NCBI GenBank assembly: GCA_964588985.1
Contig: CAZPQW010000002.1
Span: forward strand, 96,001 to 160,000
DNA: 64,000 nt
Source: an uncultured Solirubrobacteraceae bacterium
GTDB taxonomy: Bacteria; Actinomycetota; Thermoleophilia; Solirubrobacterales; Solirubrobacteraceae
Direction of reading: 5' to 3'
The notes beneath the pieces are model-generated. The model was given only the letters and a program-made list of their open reading frames with translations. It was not told where the DNA came from and did not search any database. The translations under genes were made by a program, and so were the position numbers. Shown one piece after another: positions 10,126 through 19,022 of this stretch (position 1 is the stretch's first letter; the number at the start of each line of letters is the position of its first letter).

Positions 10126-11054
10126 TCGGCCGGGCCGCATCCGCGCTTGTCCTGCTCGCCACCGCGACGCTCGCCGGCTGCGGACTCGGCGCCGGGCCGG
10201 CGCCCACCGCCGTGCGGCTCGCGGTGACCCGCGACTTCGGCGCGAGCCCGCTGCCTCACGCGGGCGCCTTGAAGATCAGCGGGCAGGAGACCGCGATGAG
10301 CCTGCTGATCCGCAACTACTCGGTCGCCACCCGCTACGGCGGCGGCTTCGTGCAGAGCGTCGACGGTCTCGGCGGCGGTCAGGAAGTGGGCAGGCCGATC
10401 GACTGGTTCTACTACGTCAACGGGGTCGAGGCGAGCAAGGGCGCCGCCGCCACGAATGTCCACCCTGGCGACCACATCTGGTGGGACCGGCACGACTGGA
10501 GTCAGACCGACCACATCCCGGCGGTCGTCGGATCGTTCCCCGAGCCGTTCCTCAACGGCATCGAAGGCAAGCGCCTGCCCGTGCGGATCGAATGCTCGGT
10601 CGTCTCAGGGATCGCCTGCCGGACCGTCGCCGAGCGAATGCGTGCGCTCGACATCCCCGCGGCGATCGCCGGGGTCGGCATCGGTGGCGCCGCCGCCACG
10701 TTGCGCGTGCTCGTCGGGCCGTGGTCGAAGGTGGCGGGCGACCTCGACGCGCGCTCGATCGGCGACGGGCCGCGCACGAGCGGCGTGTATGCGCGCTTCT
10801 CGTCGGATGGACGCACGCTCACGCTGCTCGACGAGAGCGGCGCCTCGACACGCGCGCTGTCGGCCGGCGCCGGGCTCGTGGCGGCGACCCGCCGCGAAGG
10901 AGACGCGCCCGTGTGGGTGATCACCGGAACCGACGAAGCCGGCGTGAATCTCGCCGCCGGCGCGTTCAACGAGGGCGCGCTGCGCGACCGCTTCGCGGTG
11001 GCGCTCACAGCGGGCGAAACGCTCGCGCTCCCGACACAGGCGCCCAAGTCGTGA
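10107..11054 (+). CDS. DUF4430 domain lipoprotein (putative cobalamin-binding)
   Basis: Lipobox LAGC; GGFVQSVDG...WFYYVNG...GDHIWW signature. Alternative start GTG 10122. Confidence 0.85.
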   Translation: MQAKAVIGRAASALVLLATATLAGCGLGAGPAPTAVRLAVTRDFGASPLPHAGALKISGQETAMSLLIRNYSVATRYGGGFVQSVDGLGGGQEVGRPIDWFYYVNGVEASKGAAATNVHPGDHIWWDRHDWSQTDHIPAVVGSFPEPFLNGIEGKRLPVRIECSVVSGIACRTVAERMRALDIPAAIAGVGIGGAAATLRVLVGPWSKVAGDLDARSIGDGPRTSGVYARFSSDGRTLTLLDESGASTRALSAGAGLVAATRREGDAPVWVITGTDEAGVNLAAGAFNEGALRDRFAVALTAGETLALPTQAPKS

Positions 11055-11956
11055 GCGCGCTCGCGGGGGTCAGCCGCATCGCCTACCGGCGTCGCGCGAG
11101 CGCGCTGCACGCCACCCGCGCCCCGATCGTCGCCGCGTTCGGCGCCGCGCTCGCGAGCTCCGCGCTGATCGTCGAAAACCCGGTGCTGCTCGGGGCGCTG
11201 CTCATGGCCGTGCTCGTCGCCGCGTTCGCCGCTCGCATCGGTCGCCAGATCCTCGCCGCGGTCCGCGTGACCGCGCTGCCGGTGGTGGCGCTGATCGTGC
11301 TCGTCAACGTGCTCGACAACCGCGGCGGGCTGACGGTGTTCGCGCGCCTGGGGGACTGGGGCGTGCTCGGGCAGGTGAACCTGACCGTCGAGGCGGTCGT
11401 CTACGGGCTCGTGATCGCGCTGCGGCTGCTCGTCGTGATGCTCGCGTGCCTGCTCGTCGTGTGCGCCGCGGACCCGGACGAGCTGCTGCTCGCCTGCCGG
11501 CGCATCTCGCCACGCTCGGCGCTCACCGCGACGCTCGCCACGAGGCTCATACCCGTGCTCGGCAGGGACGCGATCCGGCTGGCGGAGGCGCAGCGCTGCC
11601 GTCCGGACGGCGGGGCGCGGGGGGTGCGCGGCAAGCTGGAGATCCTGCGCGCGACCGTCGGCGGAGCGCTCGACCGCTCGCTCGACGTGGCCGCGGTGCT
11701 CGAGATGCGCGGCTACGGCGCGCGCAGACGAATCCCAGCGGCCCGACGAGCCCTGTCGCGACACGACCGCGCGTTCGCGGTCTCCGCGGTCGCGGTGCTA
11801 GGCCTGTCGCTGCTCGCGCGGCTCGACGGGACCGGGGCCTTCCGGGAGTTCCCGCTCGTCCACTTCTCCGTCGATCCCTGGACGTTCGTGCTCGCCGGCC
11901 TGACGTTCGCGGTCGCGCTCGCCCCGTTCCTCGACAGGCGGGGGATCGAGCCGTGA
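11051..11956 (+). CDS. ECF transporter transmembrane T component
   Basis: Hydrophobic; coupling-helix pattern LAEAQRCR and ALDRSLDVAAVLEMRGYG; GTG start overlaps the upstream stop. Confidence 0.88.
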   Translation: MSALAGVSRIAYRRRASALHATRAPIVAAFGAALASSALIVENPVLLGALLMAVLVAAFAARIGRQILAAVRVTALPVVALIVLVNVLDNRGGLTVFARLGDWGVLGQVNLTVEAVVYGLVIALRLLVVMLACLLVVCAADPDELLLACRRISPRSALTATLATRLIPVLGRDAIRLAEAQRCRPDGGARGVRGKLEILRATVGGALDRSLDVAAVLEMRGYGARRRIPAARRALSRHDRAFAVSAVAVLGLSLLARLDGTGAFREFPLVHFSVDPWTFVLAGLTFAVALAPFLDRRGIEP

Positions 11957-13638
11957 GCGTCCTCGCCTTCGAGAACGTCAGCTACAGGTACCCGACAGCC
12001 GGCAGCGACGCGCTGCGAGACGTGAGCCTGTCGCTCGCGGCGGGCGAGTTCTGCGTCGTCGTCGGCCTCTCCGGCTCGGGCAAGTCGACGCTGCTGCGTG
12101 CCGCGGCCGGTCTCGTGCCGCACTTCCACGGCGGCAGCTTCGCCGGCACAGTCACCGTCGGAGGTCTCGACACGCGCGAGCACACCCCCGCCGAGATCGG
12201 CGCGGTGGTTGGCACTCTGTTGCAGGATCCCGAGACCCAGATCGTGATGAACACCGTGCGCGCGGAGCTGGCGCTCGCGCTCGAGAACCTCGGCGGCAGC
12301 TCCGCGAGCGTCGCCAGGGGGGTGGAGGAGACCTCGCTCGCGCTCGGCATCGGCCACCTGCTCGACCGGGCGACGGGCGAGCTGTCCGGCGGCGAGCTGC
12401 AGCGGGTGGCGCTCGCCGCGGCGCTCGTCGCGCGCCCGTCGCTCGTCCTGCTCGACGAGCCCACATCGCAGCTGGACCCCGTCGCCGGCGACGAGCTGAT
12501 CTGGCAGCTGCGCAGGCTCAACCAGGAGGCCGACACCGCGGTCCTGCTGATCGAGCATCGCCTCGAGCGCTGCCTAGCAGCCGCAGACCGTGTGGTCGCG
12601 ATGGCCGACGGCGCGATCGTGTGCGACAGCGACCCGCGTGGCTTCCTCGAATGGGCCGCCGAGAGCGCGCCGACGCTCCAGACGCCAGGCGCGCGGATGC
12701 TCGACCTCGCCGGCCTGCGCCCGCCGCCAAGCGGGGTCAAGCAGGCGCGCGCGACCCTGCGCGCCAACGGCCTGCTCGGCGACGAGGACGACGCGCCGAC
12801 CTCGCCGCCCGCATCGAGCGTCGCGGCCGGTCCTCGCAAGCGTCTGTTCCAGCGCGCCGGCCGGCTGCTCGGCAAACGCGACGGCGGTGAGACCCCTGCG
12901 CTGTCGCTGCGCGGCGTGTGGCACGAGATCCGCGACGGCCCCGCGATCCTGCGCGGCCTCGACCTGCGGCTGCGCCCCGGCGAGCCGGTGGTGCTGATGG
13001 GGCGCAACGGCGCGGGCAAGTCCACGCTGCTGCGCCACGCCGCCGGGCTGCTCGCGCCGACCCGCGGGAGCGTCGAGCGCAGCGGCCGCGTGGCGCTGCT
13101 GCTGCAGAACCCCGGCGACTACTTCCTGCACGAGCGCGTGGACGCCGAGACGACGCCGGCCGCGCTCGAGCTCGCCGGCCTGACCGAGCTGGGCGCGCGC
13201 CACCCGCGCGACCTCTCCGGCGGGCAGCGACAGCGCCTCGCGCTCGCGATCGTGCTCGGGGGCGAGGAGCCCGCCACTGTGCTCGCGCTCGACGAGCCCA
13301 CGAGGGGCATGGACAGGATGGCCAAGCACGTGCTCGCGGGCTGGCTCTCCGAGCGCGCGGCCGCGGGGCTCGCGGTGATCGTCGCCACCCACGACGCGGA
13401 GTTCGCCGCGGAGTTCGCCACCCGTGCGGTGCTGCTCGCGGACGGGCGCGTGATCGCAGACGGCCCGATCGAGGAGATCCTCTCCGGCGGCTGGTACTTC
13501 ACCACCGAAGCCGCCCGCATCCTCGACGGGGCGGACGGCGTGCTCGGGCCGGAGCAGGGAGCCGCGCTGCTGCGCGCGCGCCTCGCCGGGGATTCGCAGC
13601 CGGCCCGCGAGCACGCGGCCGAGGAGGTTCGCTCGTGA
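11953..13638 (+). CDS. ECF transporter ATPase with two ABC domains
   Basis: [19 protein letters not shown] and GRNGAGKS/LSGGQ/LDEPT. Confidence 0.92.
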   Translation: MSVLAFENVSYRYPTAGSDALRDVSLSLAAGEFCVVVGLSGSGKSTLLRAAAGLVPHFHGGSFAGTVTVGGLDTREHTPAEIGAVVGTLLQDPETQIVMNTVRAELALALENLGGSSASVARGVEETSLALGIGHLLDRATGELSGGELQRVALAAALVARPSLVLLDEPTSQLDPVAGDELIWQLRRLNQEADTAVLLIEHRLERCLAAADRVVAMADGAIVCDSDPRGFLEWAAESAPTLQTPGARMLDLAGLRPPPSGVKQARATLRANGLLGDEDDAPTSPPASSVAAGPRKRLFQRAGRLLGKRDGGETPALSLRGVWHEIRDGPAILRGLDLRLRPGEPVVLMGRNGAGKSTLLRHAAGLLAPTRGSVERSGRVALLLQNPGDYFLHERVDAETTPAALELAGLTELGARHPRDLSGGQRQRLALAIVLGGEEPATVLALDEPTRGMDRMAKHVLAGWLSERAAAGLAVIVATHDAEFAAEFATRAVLLADGRVIADGPIEEILSGGWYFTTEAARILDGADGVLGPEQGAALLRARLAGDSQPAREHAAEEVRS

Positions 13639-15368
13639 GCTGGCAGCTCGCGTCCTTCGCTCTCGTGCTGCTCTCGCTCGCGGTCGCCTTCTGGTGGTAT
13701 GAGCGCGCGCAGCCCACGCCCAAGCTGCTCGCCCTGCTCGCGACGCTCGCGGCGATCGCCGCGCTCGGGCGCGACGCGTTCGCCGCGATCCCGGACGTCA
13801 AGCCGATCACCGCGATCGTGCTCATAAGCGGCGTCGCGTTCGGCTCAGGCCCCGGCTTCGCCGTTGGCGCGATCTCGGCGCTCGCGTCGAACATCCTGCT
13901 CGGGCAGGGGCCGTGGACGCCGTGGCAGATGCTCGGCTGGGGGCTCGTCGGGCTGCTCGGCGCGGCGCTCGGGCGCGTCGGCTCGCGGCGGCTCGGGCCG
14001 CTGGCGCTCGCGCTCGCGTGCGCCGTCTCGGCCGAGGTGTTCAACCTCGTGGTCGACCTCTACACGTGGACGGGCGCCGGCGATCACACGCTCAGGGCGT
14101 TCGGCCTCGTGCTCGGCACGGCCGTCGTGTTCGACGTCACCCACGTCGTGGCGAGCTTCGCCTTCGGTCTCGCCTTCGGGCCGACGCTGCTGCGCATGCT
14201 CCTGCGCGTGCGCTCGCGGCTGGAGGTCAGCTGGCACGCGCCGTCGCAGGCGCCGAAGCGACTGGCAGGCGGCGGCGGGGCGGGTGCGCTGCCCGCGGGT
14301 ACTCCGCTGCTCGCGCTGCTGCTCGCGGTCCCCGCGCTCGCTGTCGCCACACCGGCCAAAGCCGATGCCCGGGTCGCCGCGGCGAGCGCCGCGCGCGTTG
14401 GCATCGCGCGCGAGGTCGCGTTCCTGGCGAGCGCCCAGAACTCCGACGGCGGCTTCGGCGGCGCCGCCGGGCAGTCGAGCAGCGAGCTGTTCTCCTCGTG
14501 GGCGGCGCTCGGCCTCGCCGCCGCGGATCGCAACCCGCTGAGCGTGCGACGGGCAGGCCACACTGTCCTCGACGCGATGCGCGCGCAGGCGGCGAGCGTG
14601 CAGAGCCCGGGGGACATCGAGCGGACGATCCTCGCGCTCCACGCGTGCGGAGCGTCGGCGCGCGCGCTGCCGGGCGGAGATCTCGTGCGCAGGCTGCTGC
14701 GCTTCCGTGCTCACGACGGCTCGTTCGTCGAGCAGGCCAACCTGACGGCGTTCGCGGTGCTCGCGCTGCGGGCCGCTGGATACGCCACGCACGACCCGGT
14801 CGTGCGCCGTGCGGCGAGCTGGCTCACGCGACAGCAGGAAGCAGACGGTGGTTTCGGCTTCGCCAAGCGCGGCGGCGGCAGCGATGTGGACGACACCGCC
14901 GCGGCGCTGCAGGCGCTCGTCGCATCCGGAGCCCGCGGCGGACAGACGGTCGCGCACGCGGTGTCGTTCCTCGTCGGCGCCCAGAACCTCGACGGCGGCT
15001 TTCCGCAGCAGAAGGGCGGCGAATCCAACGCGCAGTCGACCGCGTGGGGCGTCCAGGCGCTCGACGCGGCCTCGCGCGACGTGGAAGCGGTCACGCGGCG
15101 GGGCAGCCGCTCGCCGCTCGGCTACCTGGAGAGCCTGATCGCGGCGAACGGCAGCGTGCGCTACTCGCGCACCGGCTCCCAGACGCCGGTGTGGGTCACC
15201 GCGCAGGCGCTGACGGCGCTCGGGGGCAAGCCCTTCCCGATCGCGCCGGTAAGCCGCGCGCATCGCTCGGCGGTCGTGTCCGCGGCATCGAGGGGTGCCC
15301 TCGGCGTCGGCCTCGCTCGGGCCTTCGCGACGCTCGGCGCAGCGATCGGCGCGCTGCTCGAGCCGTAG
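13635..15368 (+). CDS. CbrT-like ECF S component fused to a prenyltransferase/squalene-cyclase-type alpha/alpha barrel
   Basis: PDVKPITAI...GFAVGA...SNILLGQGPWTPWQM (CbrT-like), then repeats AQNSDGGFG, QEADGGFG...SDVDDTAAALQAL, AQNLDGGF...SNAQSTAW. Confidence 0.85.
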   Translation: MSWQLASFALVLLSLAVAFWWYERAQPTPKLLALLATLAAIAALGRDAFAAIPDVKPITAIVLISGVAFGSGPGFAVGAISALASNILLGQGPWTPWQMLGWGLVGLLGAALGRVGSRRLGPLALALACAVSAEVFNLVVDLYTWTGAGDHTLRAFGLVLGTAVVFDVTHVVASFAFGLAFGPTLLRMLLRVRSRLEVSWHAPSQAPKRLAGGGGAGALPAGTPLLALLLAVPALAVATPAKADARVAAASAARVGIAREVAFLASAQNSDGGFGGAAGQSSSELFSSWAALGLAAADRNPLSVRRAGHTVLDAMRAQAASVQSPGDIERTILALHACGASARALPGGDLVRRLLRFRAHDGSFVEQANLTAFAVLALRAAGYATHDPVVRRAASWLTRQQEADGGFGFAKRGGGSDVDDTAAALQALVASGARGGQTVAHAVSFLVGAQNLDGGFPQQKGGESNAQSTAWGVQALDAASRDVEAVTRRGSRSPLGYLESLIAANGSVRYSRTGSQTPVWVTAQALTALGGKPFPIAPVSRAHRSAVVSAASRGALGVGLARAFATLGAAIGALLEP

Positions 15369-15428
15369 GGGGTGGGCGGAAGCACGCGCCTTCAGCAGAC
15401 GTTAAGCAGCCGTCGTACCCTTGTGAAC

Positions 15429-16121
15429 ATGTCCGGACACGCCTACAGCGCTCAGGCGGCGCCCTCGCGGCGTCGTCTCCTGCCTCCGCAGTGGTCGGGA
15501 GGCCCCGCGGGCGCGGTCGCGGTGGCCGCGCTCTGCCTGGTCGCGATGGTGGTCGTGTGGGCGGCTGCCGAGCTCGTGCCGAGCGCCCATTTCAGAGACG
15601 CGGTCGTGCTGCACGACTTCATCATGCTCGGCACTCCCCGCGTAGATCAGGTGGGCAACTTCCTCCTGCACCTGCTCGAACCGGAACTGTTCGTCTTCTG
15701 GGGGCTCGCGCTCGTCGCGTTCGCGTTCGCGCGCTCGCGGCCGCGTACGGCGATCGCGGTGGTGGGCGTGCTGGCGCTCGCACCGTTCACGTCAGAGACA
15801 CTCAAGCCGCTGCTCGCGCACCCGCACGTGGTGCTCTACAACGTTGGGATCGGCCCGGACTCCTGGCCCAGCGGGCACGCCACCGCCGCGCTCGCGCTGG
15901 CGCTCAGCGCGGTGCTCGTCGCGCCTGCCCGCCTGCGCCCGCTCGTGGCCGTGCTCGGCGCGATGTTCGCGATCGTCGCCGGCTGCTATCTACTGATCCT
16001 CGCGTGGCACATGCCGAGCGACGTGCTCGGAGGCTTTCTCGTGGCGGCGTTGTGGATGGCGCTGGCGGTCGCGGCGCTGCGCGAGGCCGAGCGCCGCTGG
16101 CCGACCGGCCGCTCTATCTAA
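15429..16121 (+). CDS. PAP2 family phosphatase
   Basis: LKPLLAHP, SWPSGHAT, WHMPSDVLGG motifs. Confidence 0.88.
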   Translation: MSGHAYSAQAAPSRRRLLPPQWSGGPAGAVAVAALCLVAMVVVWAAAELVPSAHFRDAVVLHDFIMLGTPRVDQVGNFLLHLLEPELFVFWGLALVAFAFARSRPRTAIAVVGVLALAPFTSETLKPLLAHPHVVLYNVGIGPDSWPSGHATAALALALSAVLVAPARLRPLVAVLGAMFAIVAGCYLLILAWHMPSDVLGGFLVAALWMALAVAALREAERRWPTGRSI

Positions 16122-16533
16122 GCATGACGCTGCGCAGCGCGGAGCGGATGAGCTCGGCGAGCTGGCTGGGCGTCGTGCCGGCGCTGAGGCTGAGTATCCA
16201 GTCGGCAAGCTCGCGGTCGGAGGCCTCGATCCGGAAGCCGTTGATCTCGACGAAGGCGAGCATCGCCACCAGGGCGGTGCGCTTGTTGCGGTCGACGAAC
16301 GGTTGGCCCTCTGCGATTCCGTGTGCGAGGACGGCTGCCTGGAGCGCCAGGTCGGCCACCTCGTAGTGGGCGTAGGCGCCGGGACGGCCGAGCACGCTCT
16401 GCAGCCCGTCGAGATTGCGCAGCTGATCTTTCGCGAGCGTTGCTGTACCGCCGATGATCAGTCCATGCAGTTCCAGGATGTCCTCGAGCGTCAGGTAGAC
16501 CGGCTCGAGCTCGTGAGGCTGACCTTCCGTCAC
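16114..16533 (-). CDS. Doc/Fic family toxin (variant active-site motif)
   Basis: YLTLEDILELH...AAVLAHGIAEGQPFVDRNKRTA...FVEING. Confidence 0.85.
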   Translation of the reverse strand: MTEGQPHELEPVYLTLEDILELHGLIIGGTATLAKDQLRNLDGLQSVLGRPGAYAHYEVADLALQAAVLAHGIAEGQPFVDRNKRTALVAMLAFVEINGFRIEASDRELADWILSLSAGTTPSQLAELIRSALRSVMLR

Positions 16534-16538
16534 ACCAG

Positions 16539-16790
16539 CTAGGGACGAGCGGCGTCGAGGTCTTCACGGTCAGCGAGGATCTGCAGCGCTTCGCTGTGCT
16601 CAGACACGACTCGCTGGCCGATATCGCGTATCCGCTCGCGGACTGTCTCGGTGGACATGATCCGCAGCTCGCCACCGGGCATCTCCTCGACGAGCACCGA
16701 CGACCCCGGCGCATAGCCCCGCGTCTCGAGCTCACGAGGAATCGAGATCACGTTGCTGTTGCCGACGCGGCGCACCTTCACGACCTTCAT
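16539..16790 (-). CDS. AbrB/MazE-type antitoxin
   Basis: MKVVKVRRVGNSNVISIPREL swapped-hairpin signature, directly upstream of Doc. Confidence 0.85.
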   Translation of the reverse strand: MKVVKVRRVGNSNVISIPRELETRGYAPGSSVLVEEMPGGELRIMSTETVRERIRDIGQRVVSEHSEALQILADREDLDAARP

Positions 16791-16796
16791 GAGATC

Positions 16797-16817
16797 AGTA
16801 TATACACGGATATCCGT
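16797..16817 (-). promoter_or_regulatory. Leaderless -10 (TATACT) and perfect palindrome ACGGATATCCGT, likely TA operator
   Basis: TATACT 6 nt upstream of the antitoxin ATG; 12-bp palindrome at 16806-16817. Confidence 0.65.
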
Positions 16818-16863
16818 CAATGGGGGTGGTGTTGGATGTCCGCTTGCAGCGTGCCGTGACGCT

Positions 16864-16895
16864 CTCGACCCCGCAACCTTCGGGTTATGAGCCCA
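16864..16895 (-). pseudogene. tRNA-fMet fragment (anticodon arm to degenerate T arm)
   Basis: Minus strand reads GGGCTCATAACCC-GAAGGTTGCGGGGTCGAG, matching the initiator tRNA anticodon stem-loop; no acceptor or D arm. Confidence 0.65.
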
Positions 16896-17283
16896 GTTCG
16901 GAGGTGTCGCGGGGTGTCGCCGAGTCCGCCGATCTGGCTCTAGCAATGACGATCTGGCTTCCGCCCAACCCTTCGGTAGAGCCGGATGGCGTGGGACATA
17001 TTTGCACTTTGTTCGCACCCTGCCCTCATCACGACCGTCTCTCGGTCATGCGCGTTTGGGCATGTTGTCGCTCGAGCCAGCTCCTGTGCGCGGAACCCCC
17101 TCGCCAGGTCTCCTGAGCTCGCACGCTTCGGCGAGTGCTTCAAACAGATCGGCGGCAAGGGGAAGAAATGTGCGATCGACGTATTCACGCGGCGTCGGAC
17201 CGTCCGCCAGCGAGTAGATAACTCCCCGGTCCGCCACCTGCTGAATCGCGACCATCACCTCACTCACGCGCCGGCAGCGTTCG

Positions 17284-17547
17284 CTAGTTCTCGGGGCGTT
17301 CGACCGGCGTGTTGGCCGTTAGCCGGAGTTCGCGACGGCGGCTAAGCCATTTGACGGTGTTGAAGATGCCGAGAAGGAGAACAAAGAATGCAGCGTTACC
17401 AGTGGTCGTTTCGAAACTGTGGCCGGTAGCCGTGCCGACCACAACCACGATGAAGATGACCGCCACGTATTCGAGCCATCGTGGCTGCCGTTTGACAAAG
17501 CCGTCGAAGCGGTGCAGCCGTTCGAGAAAGTCGTCCACGCGCCGCAT
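17284..17547 (-). CDS. Small hypothetical membrane protein (2 TM)
   Basis: Two hydrophobic segments in 87 aa; lower-GC region. Confidence 0.5.
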   Translation of the reverse strand: MRRVDDFLERLHRFDGFVKRQPRWLEYVAVIFIVVVVGTATGHSFETTTGNAAFFVLLLGIFNTVKWLSRRRELRLTANTPVERPEN

Positions 17548-17755
17548 CTCAGCTATGAGTCTAACCGCGTAAGTCGTGGTTTTGGAGAGGCATGTTCCTT
17601 CCTTCGGAACTTGCCAGGGGCGGGTCTTCCTCCATGTCAGGCGGGGAACGGAGATCGCGGCCGAGACCCACCAAGGCCACGAGACTATTTCTCTGTGATT
17701 GCTGCATACACTGCATCATATGTGTTGTCAGCGTCTCCTGTGGTAGCCTGTCTTC

Positions 17756-18184
17756 ATGTCCGCCATAGCCGCACACCCACGCGCCGAGCGAGTTCGCTCG
17801 CTCCCCACCCTCTCGCAGGCCGCGAGATTCATCGGCCTAGATACAGGCGGGATGAGCCGCGCCGTCCGGGCTCTCGGCGTCGAGCCGCAGCGATGGGGCC
17901 GCCGCGACAAGCACCTGGAAGTCGCTCAGGTGCTCCAGATCGCCAGGGTCGCGCAGCGCGCGTCGCTGGAGGAGGTCGCCGGCAGCATCCTGGAATGGAC
18001 TGAACAGAACCACCCGGACGCACTGGAGCAGACGACCGCCGAGATCGATGCGTTCTTCGCCGCACTTCCTCCACCGACGGCGACGCCAGCCGATGAGTTC
18101 GTTGCCGAGCTACGGGCAGCGCTACCGCCGCGATGGGCGGACAAGGCCGAGAAGATCTGGCGCGCTCACGCTGGCAGCGTGTAG
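17756..18184 (+). CDS. Hypothetical protein with N-terminal HTH-like segment
   Basis: TLSQAARFIGLDTGGMSRAV; TG-n-TAGCCT -10 six nt before the ATG. Confidence 0.6.
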   Translation: MSAIAAHPRAERVRSLPTLSQAARFIGLDTGGMSRAVRALGVEPQRWGRRDKHLEVAQVLQIARVAQRASLEEVAGSILEWTEQNHPDALEQTTAEIDAFFAALPPPTATPADEFVAELRAALPPRWADKAEKIWRAHAGSV

Positions 18185-18357
18185 TAGTCGCCGCGATACC
18201 CCTCTCGCTGGCGACCGCGTTTGAAGCCGGAGCCGGCCAGCTCGGTTGCGCTCAGCGCGACGCCGCTGTCCACGACGAGACCGACGCGGCCCGCCTGCAC
18301 GGTCCTGCGCCGGGCTGAAAGGCGCGGGCCGGGCGCCGCACCCCGACCCCTGGCGGG

Positions 18358-18957
18358 CTACGACCCCTCGTGTGCCCCCGGCGCCCACAGCGGCTCGCCG
18401 TGCGCGCCCTGCTCGGCCTGCGCGTTGGCGGCGCGGCTGAGGATGAAGAACAGGTCGGAGAGCCGGTTGAGGTAGCGCACGACCTCCGGGTTGACCTCCT
18501 CGCCGACGGCGATGGTGCGTCGCTCCGCGCGCCGGCAGACGGTGCGGCAGACGTGCAGGTGCGCGCCCGCGGGGCTGCCCCCGGGGATCACGAACGAGCG
18601 CAGCGGCTCGAGGCCCGCGTTGACCTCGTCGCATGCCTGCTCGAGCCACGCGGTGTACTCACCGCTCACGCGCAGGCGCTCGCGCGCGCCCTCCTCGCCC
18701 GCCGCGGGCGGCGAGTCGGGAACGGAAAGGTCGGCTCCGAGGTCGAGCAGATCGTTCTGCACGCGCCGCAGCCAGCCGGCGAACTTCTCCGACAATCCGG
18801 GTGCCAGCAGCGCAATGCCGATCGTGGCGTTGAGCTCGTCGACGGTGCCGTAGGCCTCGACGCGCGGGTGCAACTTGGAGACACGGCTCATGTCCCCGAG
18901 ATGGGTCTCCCCGCCGTCCCCGAGCTTTGTATAGATGCGAGTCAAGTTGACGGTCAT
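18358..18957 (-). CDS. pduO: PduO-type ATP:cob(I)alamin adenosyltransferase
   Basis: RIYTKLGDGGET, YGTVDELN, RTVCRRAER, YLNRLSDLFF. Confidence 0.95.
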   Translation of the reverse strand: MTVNLTRIYTKLGDGGETHLGDMSRVSKLHPRVEAYGTVDELNATIGIALLAPGLSEKFAGWLRRVQNDLLDLGADLSVPDSPPAAGEEGARERLRVSGEYTAWLEQACDEVNAGLEPLRSFVIPGGSPAGAHLHVCRTVCRRAERRTIAVGEEVNPEVVRYLNRLSDLFFILSRAANAQAEQGAHGEPLWAPGAHEGS

Positions 18958-19022
18958 CTTCCGTCGAGTCTCGCACACCGAGCCAACGCTCATCCGTTGG
19001 ATCGGATACGTTCTCGCACCTC

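Noticed and set aside
15421-15438. TTGTGAA Rex half-site before the PAP2 gene
   Set aside because: The second half (TTCACAA) is absent, and no Rex box was seen before pnt either.
16864-16895. Functional tRNA gene
   Set aside because: Lacks acceptor stem, D arm and an intact TTCRA loop; kept only as a relic.
17046-17267. 73-aa minus-strand ORF in the island
   Set aside because: No recognisable motif or start signal; may be a gene fragment but cannot be supported.
17725-17749. TGTCAG...TAGCCT resembling a PafBC/RecA-NDp DNA-damage promoter
   Set aside because: Spacer is 12 nt rather than the expected 10.
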